From NCBI RefSeq assembly GCF_038025025.1, contig NW_027117349.1:496001-560000 (forward strand): DNA of 64,000 bases, written 5' to 3'. Of this stretch, positions 51,854 to 64,000 are shown in pieces. The number at the start of each line of letters is the position of its first letter. Within the stretch, counting starts at the first letter, position 1. The notes under the pieces are model-generated. The model ran no database searches. It saw only the letters and a program-made list of their open reading frames with translations, and had not been told where the DNA came from. Origin of the DNA: Phyllosticta citribraziliensis (lineage: Eukaryota). The position numbers and the translations under genes were made by a program.

Positions 51854-53083
51854 CTAGAAGTTGAATGACAGCCGGAAAACATTGAAGGGGCCATTCGGGC
51901 CTTGCGAGAAGTAGAGCTCCTTGTGGGACCCATTCGGCGAGTATTCTGGATGAGCATGGCTGCCGTATCCAGGGCCCCATCCACTCAGGAGGCTGTATTG
52001 CGAGCTCCAGGGACCCCACGGATTGTCGCCCACGTACATGTTGGTAAACGACATGTAAATGGTGCAAATCATGACGTACTTCTGGAAGTAGTTGGAGTAG
52101 AAGACGGAGCCGTACACGTTGCATGCGAACTTTCCCGAGCTCTCCGCCGTCTTCATCCCAAACACCTTTGTCGACGCTGACGGGATAGATCCAGGCGTTG
52201 CCCAGGTGGCAAAGTCATTGGCCTGCAGAAACTGGTACTTTGTCGCATCAAAAGCGTCGTCGCCGGCCTTGACTCGACCGACCACGATACCCGTCGGCCC
52301 GCCTATTGAGTAGCTGTAGATGTAGTCGCCATCGCGGAGAACAGAGAGCAGTCCCATCTGCACGGCATCCGGGCCACTCAGCAGCGGGCCCATCCGTGTC
52401 GCAATCGGCTTGGTTGCGCCCAGGGTAACCGCGACGACAGCATTACCGCGGTCAACGTACGAGCCATCGCTGGCGCCTCGCCATATTTCCCAAGCGTACG
52501 CGATGCCGTGCGTGTCGTTGACGGCGGCAATGTTGCTCGTGTCCATGCCCCAAGCCGTCTGCGGGGCCTCAGGGGCCTTGTCGCCAGACCAGGGCAGGGC
52601 AAAGTTCCAGTCTTGCGCGTATTGCACGGCCGACGTGTTGATAGTCATGACATCCCCGGTGCCGTAAAAGGCAGGCCCCATGGCGAAGCCGCACGTGGTC
52701 CAGTCGGGCTGACACTCCATGTCGCCGCAGTTCCAAATCACTTGCCCGCCCAGCACGCTGCTGCGGCACTTGTCGCCCCCGAAGCCCTTGGTCCCGACGC
52801 TGCCGCTAAATTTGGTGTTGCCTACGTACTGGATGCTCCATTTGGTCCCGTTTTGCGCCTTGAAGGTTGCCGGGTCCGAAAGTGTGCCCGTGGGGTATGT
52901 TTTGGCGGTGGAAGATGCGGCCGCGGCTTGAACGATGGGCGTGCTCGTAAGCGTTGGAATCGTAGGTGTCGTGATTGCCTGGGACGAGGAACCTGCCCTA
53001 GTGGACCGCTGCGGAAACACGATTCTCGCCGAAACGGTCGACAAACAGACAGAGGCCAACAGGAGACACGACAGGGTCTGCAT
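51854..53083 (-). CDS. Secreted beta-rich protein, possibly DUF4185-like propeller
   Basis: Signal peptide MQTLSCLLLASVCLSTVSA, Ser/Thr linker, IWNCGD, YIYSY, PWGPWS and YGSHAHP. Intronless; the family assignment is tentative. Confidence 0.7.
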   Translation of the reverse strand: MQTLSCLLLASVCLSTVSARIVFPQRSTRAGSSSQAITTPTIPTLTSTPIVQAAAASSTAKTYPTGTLSDPATFKAQNGTKWSIQYVGNTKFSGSVGTKGFGGDKCRSSVLGGQVIWNCGDMECQPDWTTCGFAMGPAFYGTGDVMTINTSAVQYAQDWNFALPWSGDKAPEAPQTAWGMDTSNIAAVNDTHGIAYAWEIWRGASDGSYVDRGNAVVAVTLGATKPIATRMGPLLSGPDAVQMGLLSVLRDGDYIYSYSIGGPTGIVVGRVKAGDDAFDATKYQFLQANDFATWATPGSIPSASTKVFGMKTAESSGKFACNVYGSVFYSNYFQKYVMICTIYMSFTNMYVGDNPWGPWSSQYSLLSGWGPGYGSHAHPEYSPNGSHKELYFSQGPNGPFNVFRLSFNF

Positions 53084-54795
53084 TTTTGCTATCGTTTGTA
53101 AAGAGCGTGGAGGTAAAGAACGAACGGGCAAAGTCTTGCTTCAGCCCACGAGACGATGGCAAAAGGAGGTCTGGGAGCTGCACGGCACTCTACAGAACGA
53201 CATTGAGCCTCTGAGGGCAGAGCGACTTATACTGAACCCCGAAATTGGGTAGGAAGAACTACTTCCATGAAAGTGGAGATTTTGCTCTGATCCACCTTCC
53301 TTTCGTCATCATGGACTTTGACGTGGGCTGCACGCCATCTTCAATACGTCGACGGCCAGCTTTGAGGCTGGACAGAGAGTGGACGACTTATTGATCAGGC
53401 TAGACTCTTTGAGGGATACTGACTGGACGCTGCACCAAGCTCTGGTCGTGGCGTTCTGTTAGGGTCTCACTGGCCCTTTTGGCCCTGTCCCAGTGTGCTG
53501 CCATCGCAACTAAGCAGCCACAGTGGCTCCAAGGGTAGCGGTAATGCTCTGCTCCATGGATCCGACCACAGTGGCAGTGCGTAACTTTCGTTTTGCATCT
53601 TTTGTGCAACCAGCTGCTTGAGCGGTGTGATTGGCTTCGGAGGGCTTTGTAGTGGAAATTTGACCTGCGCCCTCAATTGGTGCCCCAGGAGCCTTCTGGA
53701 TGATAAAATCCCGTCACTTTCCAACAGATGGAGCAGGATTTGCAGGATGGCGCCTTTCTCTTCGATGTTGCAAATCAAGGAGACAAAAGTTCCTGAAGCA
53801 AAGGCCTGGGGTCCTCCGTTCAGTCGGTCGCCATGCAGCAGTCCATTGCGTTGCCGTCCCGCCGTTGCTAGGTCCATGGCAACGCGGGTCTGAAACGTAT
53901 TCTTGAGACGAACGCGCATGCAGAGGCAGAATGGCTGTCGCAGAATTTGTGGCTTGTATTTGAGAACCAGTCTCGCTCGTGTCTACCACACCAAAGCTGA
54001 CCGATCAGTAGAGCGAACAGACCCAATCCCCAAGCAACGAGACATGGGCAGCCGAGAGCGAGTAATCCCCGCGCAGCAAAATGATCCAACAAGAATCAGG
54101 GCACATCTGCCATTTGGTCGAAATCAAGGGATGAAGGAGCTCGGCCGAAGGACGCTTGCGGTAGTCGGCGTGGCCGCCCTAGCTCAATGTAGGAGCCGGT
54201 CTTCCCCAGATTTCACACTCGCCACCACCAAAAGCTGCTTATATGCTGACGCGGGGTCGACGATTTCGGACTAGCCACCAGGTTTTGTTTTTGTTTGTCT
54301 ATGCGACAGGGCTTGACTGAACAAGTAGTTGTTTGTATACACGTTGGTGTGGCTGTATCTGCTACCAATGCTACTGGACCGAGTCCCTTATTCAAAGGTA
54401 CTCGATGTGCGCTAAGCGCTGCTTTCGACCGTAAGGACGACCACACGGATCGAAGCCCGACATGACAATGAGAACCACCGTCCACCTGCGGAGACGGTAG
54501 ACCTACGCGATCGATTGTCACCAGACTCTGGAAAAGGAAAATCCCAGCGATAGCATTGTCTACTCCTTGGCTCTATGAGGACCCAGAAACACGAAGAAGC
54601 ATTCCAGAAAGAGCAGCTCCCTCCTGGGATTTCAAGAAGACAGCGCGGGAACCTGGCCAGGACTGGGAAAATTATGATAGCTCGGGTGAAGAAAAAGGTG
54701 GAATCGGATAGTTCAGCTTTGCGGCTTCTCTGCAATTCACCCTCCAACTCACTCATCACTGGCATTTCAAGCCGACATCCAAAACTTTCCACATC

Positions 54796-55872
54796 ATGGG
54801 TTCTTCTTCACAGCACCCCGGAGTCATTATGAACTCTGGCCCAAACCAGGGCCATTTGATCCCGCTCTTCTGGTCCGTTATCAAAAGCGGGCCCCCAATG
54901 CCAGTCAAGGATCACCAGGCCTACAAAGATCGCGTCGTCAAGCGGGACCGCGCCCATAGTGTGGGCGGCTTCTTCGACATATACGCCAACTCTATGCGGC
55001 AGACGCACAAGCCGTCTGAATTTGCCATTTTCGAAATGGACTGGGACGTTCCCGAAGTCGATGACGAACGGCTCGAGGACCTCAACGACCTGTCTCCCGA
55101 CGCGGTCGAGGTGCCGGAGCAGCTTACCACAGCGGCGGTGGAGCCGGACGCGACGCAAATCGCGGCGAGAGGACGCGCCCTGCTTGTCGAAGAGTCCGAT
55201 CGACTGGAAGCCAAGTACAGCAGCCAGACGCTGTCGGCTGACCAACTCGGCGAGATCCTGGAAGCAGCTTCACACATAATGAACAGCATCAGCAAGCACA
55301 TCACACGAGCAGAGCGGTACAAATGGGAGCGGGAGCTACACGGTATGCCCACAGATCCATCCATGCCCATCCATCTTCCGAATCTGCTTTGTTGGCGTGT
55401 CAGAACCCATGACCGCCTCAAGCACGGCGCTGGCAGGGGCGCGGCCGAAAGCCAGCGCCGCCACTTCGACAATCTCATGTTCGCCTCGTCGCGGACCTGG
55501 CCCGTCTACAAGCACTGGTTCCCTTCCGCGTCTGCCTGCTTCGTGAGAGCGTGGCTGGCCCTCGTCTACAATGGCGCCACCAGCCTGACGGTCCAGTCTA
55601 GCCTGTCGGACCTCTGGAACGAGCTCCTTGCCCTCATCCAGGACATTTGTGGGAGCGGGCTCGAGGACGACGCGATTGGCCAGGCCTTGGAGATTCCGGT
55701 CGAGATCTATCACAATCTGGTGTATGAGAACATCAAACTGAGCGAGAGGCTGTACCGCGGCGCCATTCGGTCTTCTGACGGCGCGTGGTGGATGGACAAC
55801 GACGTCTTCGCTCTGGAGCACAAAGTCTTTCTTGCGTTGCGTGGTGCTCAAGGCCTAGTGTCGTCTCACTAG
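54796..55872 (+). CDS. Hypothetical protein (358 aa)
   Basis: Long ATG-initiated ORF with coding-like codon use. No recognised domain. Confidence 0.6.
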   Translation: MGSSSQHPGVIMNSGPNQGHLIPLFWSVIKSGPPMPVKDHQAYKDRVVKRDRAHSVGGFFDIYANSMRQTHKPSEFAIFEMDWDVPEVDDERLEDLNDLSPDAVEVPEQLTTAAVEPDATQIAARGRALLVEESDRLEAKYSSQTLSADQLGEILEAASHIMNSISKHITRAERYKWERELHGMPTDPSMPIHLPNLLCWRVRTHDRLKHGAGRGAAESQRRHFDNLMFASSRTWPVYKHWFPSASACFVRAWLALVYNGATSLTVQSSLSDLWNELLALIQDICGSGLEDDAIGQALEIPVEIYHNLVYENIKLSERLYRGAIRSSDGAWWMDNDVFALEHKVFLALRGAQGLVSSH

Positions 55873-55971
55873 TGGCCATTCTTTTCCAAATATTTCCCTG
55901 ATTTGCTTCGTTTCATTACTTCGTCACTGGAAAATTTCATACTCAAATCAAGACACGCCCTTTTGGACACT

Positions 55972-56850
55972 TCAAAGCTTGTTTCCGCCGGCGAACTTGA
56001 AAGCCGCCATGCATCCCATGATCAATGCGCTGGTGTTGTACCGCGACGGATAAATCTGCAGCATCGCCTGGCTCAGCTCCCTCGGCCCCTTGAACCCCTG
56101 ATCGACGCACTTCTGGAAGTCCTCAATATACCTGATGGTATTCTCCAAATGCCAGGGCCCAGTGGCCTCGCCGACCTTCTTGTGCCCAGGCACGACGACG
56201 TCAGGACCGAGGTCTTGAATCTTGCGGACGCTGGCAATCCACGCCTGGCGCAGTTCGCGCGTGTTGGCCTCGGCGAGCTGCTGGTGCACGTCGCCATACA
56301 CGGCGTCGCCGCAGACGGCCAGCCTGAGCGCCGGCGCCCACAGCACGGAGCAGTCGTGCGTGTCGGCCTGTCCGACCTCAATGGCGCGCACCTCGTGCCC
56401 GTCGACGCTGAAGACTCCGCTGGCCGGCAGCGGCTCCGCGTACGCCGTCGGCTGGTCGATTTGCCCGGGGAAATACGTGCTCCACGTGCTCACGAACGTC
56501 GTGTCGGAATGCTCCTTCATATACGCGACGGTGCTGGCATTTGCGACGGCTTGCGCGCCTGGGAAGCGCCGCTGCAGCGTCGGAATGCCGAGCCAGTGGT
56601 CGGCATGCCCGTGGGTGATGAAGATGTAGCAGAGGCGTGCACCGCGCGGCAGGGTTTCGGCGATCCAGTTGGCCAGCTCTTCGGTTTGAGCTGTCGTGAT
56701 GGGCGTGTCGACGACCACGGCCTCTTTGTTGGTGTATATGAGCGTGCACGCAATCGGCGACCACTTGCCCCCGATCTTGCCGTTGGACAGCCTGAAGGGG
56801 ATCGGAGGCGCATCGTATACGGCAGCGTGGAGAGTGTTGGATGGCGACAT
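55972..56850 (-). CDS. Metallo-beta-lactamase-fold hydrolase
   Basis: VVVDTP, THGHADH (HxHxDH), CGDAVY and VVPGH. Intronless; ends in NKL. Confidence 0.9.
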   Translation of the reverse strand: MSPSNTLHAAVYDAPPIPFRLSNGKIGGKWSPIACTLIYTNKEAVVVDTPITTAQTEELANWIAETLPRGARLCYIFITHGHADHWLGIPTLQRRFPGAQAVANASTVAYMKEHSDTTFVSTWSTYFPGQIDQPTAYAEPLPASGVFSVDGHEVRAIEVGQADTHDCSVLWAPALRLAVCGDAVYGDVHQQLAEANTRELRQAWIASVRKIQDLGPDVVVPGHKKVGEATGPWHLENTIRYIEDFQKCVDQGFKGPRELSQAMLQIYPSRYNTSALIMGCMAAFKFAGGNKL

Positions 56851-57240
56851 TGTGTTGGTTGGAGCTAGTTTTTGACGTTGCTTACGATTGGCCGGACACT
56901 GGACGAGACTTTTGGGAATTCAAGACGACCACGACTCACGGAGCGGATTCCACATGGAAATAAAGAGCCAATGCATCACAAGACATGCGTCAATACCGGG
57001 ATTCCGACATGGGCCGCGGCTCACTCTACTCACTTGCAATGCGGAGGTGATTTAGTGATTACTCAACTCAACTCAACTGAACCCCCAAGCCCCCTGCCTA
57101 CTACCCGATCGGCACCGAGGACTGTTTGCATCTCCTCTCTAGATTCGTACGAAAGAGTACTTTAAAAGTGCCTAAAGCAGAGTATTTTCACAATCCCATC
57201 ACCGAGTTTGGTTGATATTCGCAGAGCTCCCGTCGTTACA

Positions 57241-58311
57241 ATGATCCCCAACCCAAAGCCCATCGTAATCCCCGAGTCGTACGAGCGGCTGCCCACCAAG
57301 TGCGTCAAAGTGGCACAGCACGCGCCCGGCGTCCTTGTCGTGACGCTCAACCGGCCGGAAAAGCAAAATGCCTTCACGCTGGACATGATGGACGACCTGG
57401 AAACCATCTACTCGATCGCCGACGTCGACGAGCGTGTCAAGGTCGTCGTTTTGACGGGCGCTGGACGTACGTTCTGCGCCGGAGCTGACTTGGAGGTTGG
57501 CTTCTCTGCGGCCAGTGATCTCAAGCGCGTCGTCGACGAGCGGGACAGCGGCGGACGAGTCGCCCTCGCCATGTACCGCTGCCGCAAGCCGACGATAGCA
57601 GCAATGCAAGGCAGCGCAGTCGGTCTGGGGATGACCATGACGCTGCCAGCAGCAATCCGGCAAGTTGGCGTCTCGGAAAGACCCTTTCCTCCCTCATCAC
57701 TGACAATCGACCGGGGAGGACAGAATCGGCTACGAAGGCGGCAAATACGGCTTCGTCTTCGCGCGGCGCGGCATCACCATGGAATCATGCTCGTCCTTCT
57801 TCCTACCGCGCCTGATCGGCTACTCGAGCGCCATGTACCTGCTGTCGACGGGCGACACGTACCCGCCGCACTCGCCGCACTTTGGCCACCTGTTCCAGGA
57901 GACGCTGCCGGACGCCGCCCAGGTCCTGCCGCGCGCCCTCGAGCTCGCGCGCAACATGGTGCAGAACGTCAGCCCGCTGGCCTCGTACATGAACCGCTGC
58001 CTCATGTGGCGCAACCCGGGGTCGGCCGAGGCCGCGCACCTGCTGGACTCGGCGGTTCTGTTCCACATGTTTACGGCGCGGTGAGTAGTGGCACATGTCC
58101 TATTTCAAAAACTGTTTCTTCGAGATGGAGACGCTGATGACGAGGGAATAGCGACCAGCAGGAAGGCGTCGATGCGTTCATGCAGAAGCGCAAGCCCAAT
58201 TTCCAGGCCACGGTCGAAGACGACGCGCCGCCCAACTTTCCGTGGTGGTATGAGATTGACACGGGCAGGCGGCCGGTTGCTGCGTTTCCGCCTCCGAGGG
58301 GGAAACTCTGA
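57241..58311 (+). CDS. Enoyl-CoA hydratase/isomerase (crotonase family); 3 exons
   Basis: TLNRPEKQNAF, FCAGADL, KPTIAAMQGSAVGLG, FVFARRGITME and EGVDAFMQKRKPNF. Introns 57660-57723 (GC-AG) and 58081-58151; ends in GKL. Confidence 0.92.
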
Positions 58312-59668
58312 GGAGTTGATGGTGAGTGGTGAGCAGATGTTGCCGAGATTGATGCCGAGAGTGATTTGGAAAGACTGATATTTTTGGACTTGGTTTGATC
58401 AGACTAATCATTAAGCGCGCTTTGGTTTTCGAAATTTTTAGCCTCCTCCCAGCGAATATTTACATCGTGGGGTAGGAGGACCACAGGGAGGGTCCTTGAT
58501 CAGGACCGTCACAAATCACAAATCGCCGAAAGGGAGAAGCAAAGGAAAAAGACAAAAGATCTGTCACAAATTGGCCCGCCGACGAAGTAGGGAAAAGAAA
58601 CAAAGGAAATGAAGGAAAGGACGGACTAGATAGTAATAACGACGTCGACCACGGCGACAACAGAGCCTCCCAATACCGTCAATCAATCCATTCTATACCT
58701 CTATCCCACCCACCTCTTTTACTTCCGTCAGACTAAGGACGAGCAAACCAACTAGCCAAACAACCAACCGACAAAGGAAAAAGTGAGGACAGGATATAAC
58801 AAGACGCAGACAGACTACCGAAGCAAAGCAACGCAAGGTCGAGCGAGCGTGGACAAGAATGGGGCCGCCAAAGCGCAAGTACCAGCTAGCTAGCTAGTAA
58901 TGGAAGAGAAGCCGAATTGATCTAATATAACGCAGATTCCCCACTCCACCCCGCCACGTGGGTGGCGAGCGAGCGAGTGGGGACGGTCCTGGAAATTGGT
59001 ATTGTGATGGGGTAGTAGTGATAATGGTGATGATGGTCCAAAAGCCGCCAGGCAAGCAGAAAGGAAGAAAGCAACAACAGCAACAGTAGTAGAGCAGGCA
59101 TAGACGGTGGAAGAGACGGGATGATCCGCCGCACCCGAAGAAATCCATAGTGGTGGTGGGTGATGGGTTGAGTATAACGCGTTCTTCAACACGGCAAGAA
59201 GAAGAAAAGAGAAGCCCAACAAGCACAAAATCCAAAGACAGTGTGTAGAAAAGGAAAACGAAGAAAGAGAAGAAAGAATTGTGAGTCATGTGCAGTGGCA
59301 GCAGAATCGGGCAGCAGAATCGGTGCCTTTGCAGCAACAGCGCTGGCATCAAGCAAGCGCAAGCAAGAGGAGGCGCCATTTCCCTCCAAAGAAAAAGCCA
59401 TTAAGAAAAAAAGATCCACTTCGGTTCGTCCCACGGGAGAATGCCCGTGACTAGCCATCGCTGGCCCGGATGGTTCGTTCGAAGCAAGCAAGTAGGCAGG
59501 CTCGCAGGCCTTCCTTTCTTCGCCCCCATCTCCACACCCCACAGACAGAAAGACCCCACAGCCCGTGTGCCCCCACTCCGTCTCGAAGCGCCCCCGCGCT
59601 GCCCCTCAGGCTCCACTCGGCTGCACCCCACAACGCTAACAACCCAAAGAGGTAGTAGTCCAACGACC

Positions 59669-62600
59669 TCACGCCTCGACGCCAACGACGCCGCCGCCAG
59701 GCGCGCCAACCTCGCCCTTGCACCAAGGGTGCTCGAGAACCTGGCCAATGGTGATGCGCTGGTCGACGTCGCGGTTGAGCATGAGGCGGATCAGGTCGAT
59801 GCTCTCTTCGCTCATGATGTATGGCACGCGCAGGTCGTGGTCCATAATCTCGTCAATGCTGTAGAATGGGTTCTCCTTGTACACGATCGTGTACAGCAGA
59901 ATTCCCAGAGCCCACACGTCTTGCTCTTTGCCGCGGTAGGATTTGCCGGCGAGGACCTCGGGGGCGGCGTAGTCTATCATGAAATGTTAGTAATCTGCTT
60001 CTCGAGGGCGTGGATGCCAGTTTGGGTTCGACGTACCAATGGTGCCAACAAAGACGTCAAAAGGTCCGTTCTTGATGTACGCCGCGCTTCCAAAGTCAAT
60101 GAGCTTGATGTTGCCCTCTCCATCCAGAATGACGTTCTCGTCCTTGATGTCGCGGTGGACGACCTTGGCCTTGGTGTGCAAGTGATGCAAAGCCTCGGCC
60201 ACCTGAACGAAGATCTTGCGGCACTCGTTCTCGTCCATGTTGACACGCAGCTCAATGTAGTCGAAGAGGTCCATGCCCGGCAGTCCGTGCGGCACCATTT
60301 CAATGTAGTAGTTGACGTCGTCTTCAAAAAAGTCGGCCATTTCGACAATGTTGGGGTGTTTGAAGCCGTCTCGCCGCAGGTAGTCCAGGACGTGAATCTC
60401 GAGCGGCACCGTGCCCAGCCGTCGGTCTCGCGTCCACGTGTCGACCAGAATGCGACGCTTGGTCACGTATTTGATGACCATCTTCTTTGCGCTGTTCTTC
60501 TTGTATCGGCAGAGCTTGACCTGGCCATAGGCACCTTGGCCCATGTCTTCGAGCACGACAAAGTCGTCAATGGTCTTCTTCTTGGCGGGGAGGTTGGATT
60601 CTTTGGGGTCAATGGTTGTTGGAGTTGCGGGAGTGGGTGTTGAGTTGACTGGCGGCGCCATGGCGGATTTGTTAGAGGATTGCTCTTGGATTTGCTGTGT
60701 GAGGAGTGATGTGCCCGGTGGGGAGATTCGTCGAGGTGTTGACGAGTCTGCTTCTTCAGGATGTAGTTGAGTTGCGGATTGGCCAGGTGACGGTTGATGA
60801 GGAGGTGTACCAGGTCGCGACACCAGCGGCGTGACGGGGCCCACGCCGTGAGTCACTGCGTGCAGTTGCCTCGAGTAGGTTATCCAGAGAGCGTACACGA
60901 CTTCCGAAAACTTTCGCTCGCCGTTTTCCTCACGCTCCTCGTCCTCGACGATGATGTCATCGTTGAACTTGGGCGACCTGTCGCTCCGAACCACTCGCAT
61001 TTGCACGTCTACCATAATCTCTGCTCCATCACGATGCTTCGCTGGAAGACCACTAGGCTTCAAAAAGACGGCGGCGGCGTCCTCTCTACCTTCGCGCATC
61101 GCCAGCAGCGCGCGAGCTCGGCGGAAACTGTGCTCTGGGATGACTATGCCATCGACCAGACTGATCTGGTCCTCGTCGGTCATGACATGAAGTATCTTGT
61201 CAAAGCTGGGAAGTAGCTCAGTGACATGCAGACCTTCCGGCTTCGCCTGTCCAAACAGCGCCGAGGAAAAGACGGTGTTGGCACTCGTGATTTGAAGGTT
61301 GTTTGCCGAGAGAACAACGATGCCTGCTATGTGGGGGAAGCTCGAAACGTGGAACGTCGCCTCCCCCGATAGCTGATGCACCGTTATTGGGATATTGATG
61401 TTGTTTTGAGTGCGAGCGGTAAACGTCTTGAGCTGGGCAATGGCGTTGAAATCCAAGGCGCCCGTGTTGGTGCCGGGGATGCGTGGTATATCAGGGATCA
61501 GCCTGGCAAGATCCATACCCCGGCGGACTCGTTCGGTTCCCCAGATGGCCTCGATCGCCCCCTGCCCCTTGACCACGCACCCAACCTCGTCGACGGTGAC
61601 GTACACCGAGTCCTCAGCTATCTCCTCCAGCACCCAGATGAGGCCGCCCCGTTTCTCCTTGACCCACAAGCTCGCAGCCCCGGTCGCACCATTGCGCTTT
61701 TGGATCGGCACGACGTCGCCGCAAAGAAGGACCCCCCTCGACTTGTTGGCTTGGTGGTTGAGACCCCCCTTGACGTTTTTCCTCGCGGCGTACGAAGAGC
61801 CGCTGCCGTCATCCGTCTTGGATCGCCGGTTGCCAGCCACTCGCGAGGGCGGCTTGCTCAGTAGCTTTGCCGTTACCCCGTTGCCCAAGTGCATTGAGCT
61901 CGTGCCAGTCTGATTGCTCTTCTGGTCCTGAGGTTCTTGCTTTCTTCTCGACCCAACTTCAGGATCCTGAAGCTTCTCTTCTAACCATTTCCGCCGTTCT
62001 TTTTGCACAACTTCTAGTATGCCCATCTTCCGTACTTCTGACCGTGTGACGCCAAAAACAAGACAAGCCAGATCATTCGCCGCGGTAATGGTCCACGGTG
62101 CCTGTGCTTCGGTGGTAAAAATGGCCTGTGCTGCGGGTGCCCATCGGCTGCCGTGTCCATGTGGTGCAGATGCGGCCGTGTGGGCGCCGGGCACAGGGGG
62201 GAGAGTTTGGGACGGAGTCGGTGTCGTGAGGGGGGAGATGTGTGAGCTGCTGGCGGTGCTGCCGACGTTGCCGACGTGGGTGGTATCGGCCGCAATATAT
62301 GGTCGGGCGAGGGCATCTTGCAACCTGCTCTGGATGCTCAAGGGCGCCGTGTCTGTAAATGTCCTCTTTAATGCAAGTCTAGATGGTGCCGGAGGAGAGG
62401 AATCGCGCAATTCTAATCGGGGAATTTCGTGGTATAGGTCGTTTTCGGGCGGAGGGACATGCTTGGTATCGAGGGAGAGCGAGTCCTGGGGCCGCTGGAT
62501 CGGGGTCGATTGGTCCATGGGCTCGGGACTCTCTGAGCGCGGCATGAAGCTCTTTTCGAAAATGTTTTCGCCAGTCGAGTCGGCAGGTCCCGTCATGGGA

Positions 62601-63643
62601 CCTCCTCCGCCCAGGCCGCGGGCATGCAGCGCCTCGTCCCCTATGAGATTTGCGCGGGACAGCAGATCCATCATGCCCTGGACTTCCGAATCGCCGCTGA
62701 GGCGTGCCTGGGCATTTGCGATGCCGTGGTTCGTGGCGGACCAGCCTAGCCTGTCCCGCATGAAATCTATGCTCCTCTTGAGAACATTTTGGCGGTTGTG
62801 AATGAAGTCGTCGGCCTGGTGTGCAAAGGAAAACGAGTGTAATGATTCGGCGGGGAAGCGGGACAGGTCTTCGGAGAGCTGGAGCGGCGACGAGCTGGCG
62901 GCCGGGGGTAGCGTACCGGTGGGCCGGCGCGTGGGCGGAAGGGATACGGCGATGGAGGCAGAGCGCGAGTTGGCGGCACTGGAGGACCTGGTGGTAGGCT
63001 GTTGCCGTATGCGGCGTAGGCCCGAGGCTCCTAGGCCATGTTCGTGCTCTGGAATGATGGGTGATCTAAAACAGCCAGGTCAACGCCGGGGAGTCAAGGC
63101 GAAAATGGGCCGTCTGACCTCGTCAGGGTATCAATCTCGCGCGCAGAACCCGCATCAAACGACATGCGCGAGCGGGGCGTCGTGGCCGACGAGGGATCGG
63201 TGGAGGGACTGGAGTTGTCAACCAGGCTGGCGGTGCTCCTGGTCTTTGGGAGCGAGGGCGGATCCGGGGCGGGCTCGGTCGTGGCAGTGGAGGTGGTGGA
63301 GGTGGAGTTTTTGGGTAGCGAGCCTAGGAATATACACATCAGAGCTGTGTCTTGGTCTGAGCTGCGGAGGTTCCGGTTGGTGGTGGGTCGGGATCGGGGA
63401 CGGGGTCGGCGGCGAAACGGAAATGGACGAGGGCGGTTGTAGCGGTGGTATATACAGGCACAGCACCATCGTCGCTAAGGATGACGGTCACGTAGCTACG
63501 GAGGTAGTAGGGCTCAACGGCAGGCTGCTTCTGGGCGCAACTGACGGGCTTAGGTGCTGGGGGTGGTTGGGACGCCACGGCACGCTGACGGAGCCCCGAA
63601 ACAGCAATGGGTCAAACTCACCATTGTCATTTGGCGTGCTCAT
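59669..63643 (-). CDS. PAS-domain Ser/Thr protein kinase (Psk1/Psk2/PASK-like); 4 exons
   Basis: PAS-like AIFTTEAQAPWTITAANDLACLVFG. Kinase motifs MGQGAYGQVK, VPLEIHVL, HRDIKDEN, DFGSA and GTI-DYAAPE (joined across an intron). A consistent spliced 5' model starts MSTPNDNG at 63643. Confidence 0.9.
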
Positions 63644-64000
63644 TACCAGAACAGGGCTGACGTTGGCCAGCGACGCCGGGTTTAACGCAGTAGGGTGCGC
63701 TGCGACGAGAGGACGAGGGCGAGACGACGCAGTTTTTCACGCGAGCGGGCGGAGCTGAGGCCAGACGGCGGACGGGGGGATGGGATTGAGAGAAAGGAAA
63801 GCTGCCAATTACAAAAAATTGTCTGAGGTGGGCGCGGCGGGTGACGACGATTGATGTTGGCGTCCACGTCCAGGTCGGGCACAAGGCAGGGCAGCGGGGA
63901 GACGGGTCGTCGCACAGCCGCAGCGCAGATGGACAAAGACTCGTGATGTGCGGTGGCTGTACGAGGGAGGAAGAACAGGCACTGGAAGAGGAAGAGGAAG

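Noticed and set aside
55972..56850. MBL gene as antibiotic resistance or recent bacterial transfer
   Set aside because: The fold is common in fungi; lack of introns alone is not evidence without a phylogeny.
58400..59660. Purine-rich low-complexity ORFs downstream of the PAS kinase
   Set aside because: Consistent with a long 3' UTR or intergenic DNA; no coding signal.

Overview
Intron-containing DNA from a filamentous ascomycete (Pezizomycotina) with active repeat-induced point mutation (RIP). About 18 host genes lie in GC-balanced sequence on either side of a 14.2-kb AT-rich island. Left arm: GMC oxidoreductase, ELP3, succinyl-CoA ligase alpha, AP-2 mu, a ZUP1/Mug105-type deubiquitinase, an orphan ORF and a Zn(II)2Cys6 transcription factor. 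Right arm: an AA7/BBE-like FAD oxidase, a TmpA-like membrane flavoprotein head-to-head with an AfeA-like adenylate-forming enzyme, an EXPERA-like membrane protein, a (6-4) photolyase/cryptochrome, an MRL1-like receptor, ERG24, a secreted protein, a metallo-beta-lactamase-fold/enoyl-CoA hydratase pair, a PAS kinase and two orphans. The island has no ORFs but can be read by reversing RIP changes. It is one ~7.9-kb Tad1-type LINE (minus strand, 13-bp target duplication) with a complete 6.3-kb chromovirus Ty3/Gypsy element (225-bp LTRs, CTAGA target duplication) nested in its ORF1. Best leads: the LINE splits a probable TF/oxidase/TmpA/AfeA cluster; the LINE has an extra ~1.7-kb 3' region that may encode a Zn2Cys6-like third ORF; the Gypsy pol holds a 51-nt-period palindrome array; the AP-2 mu start codon is split by an intron; and both genes of the MBL/hydratase pair end in PTS1-like tripeptides. 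All family calls come from motif recognition by eye, with no database search.
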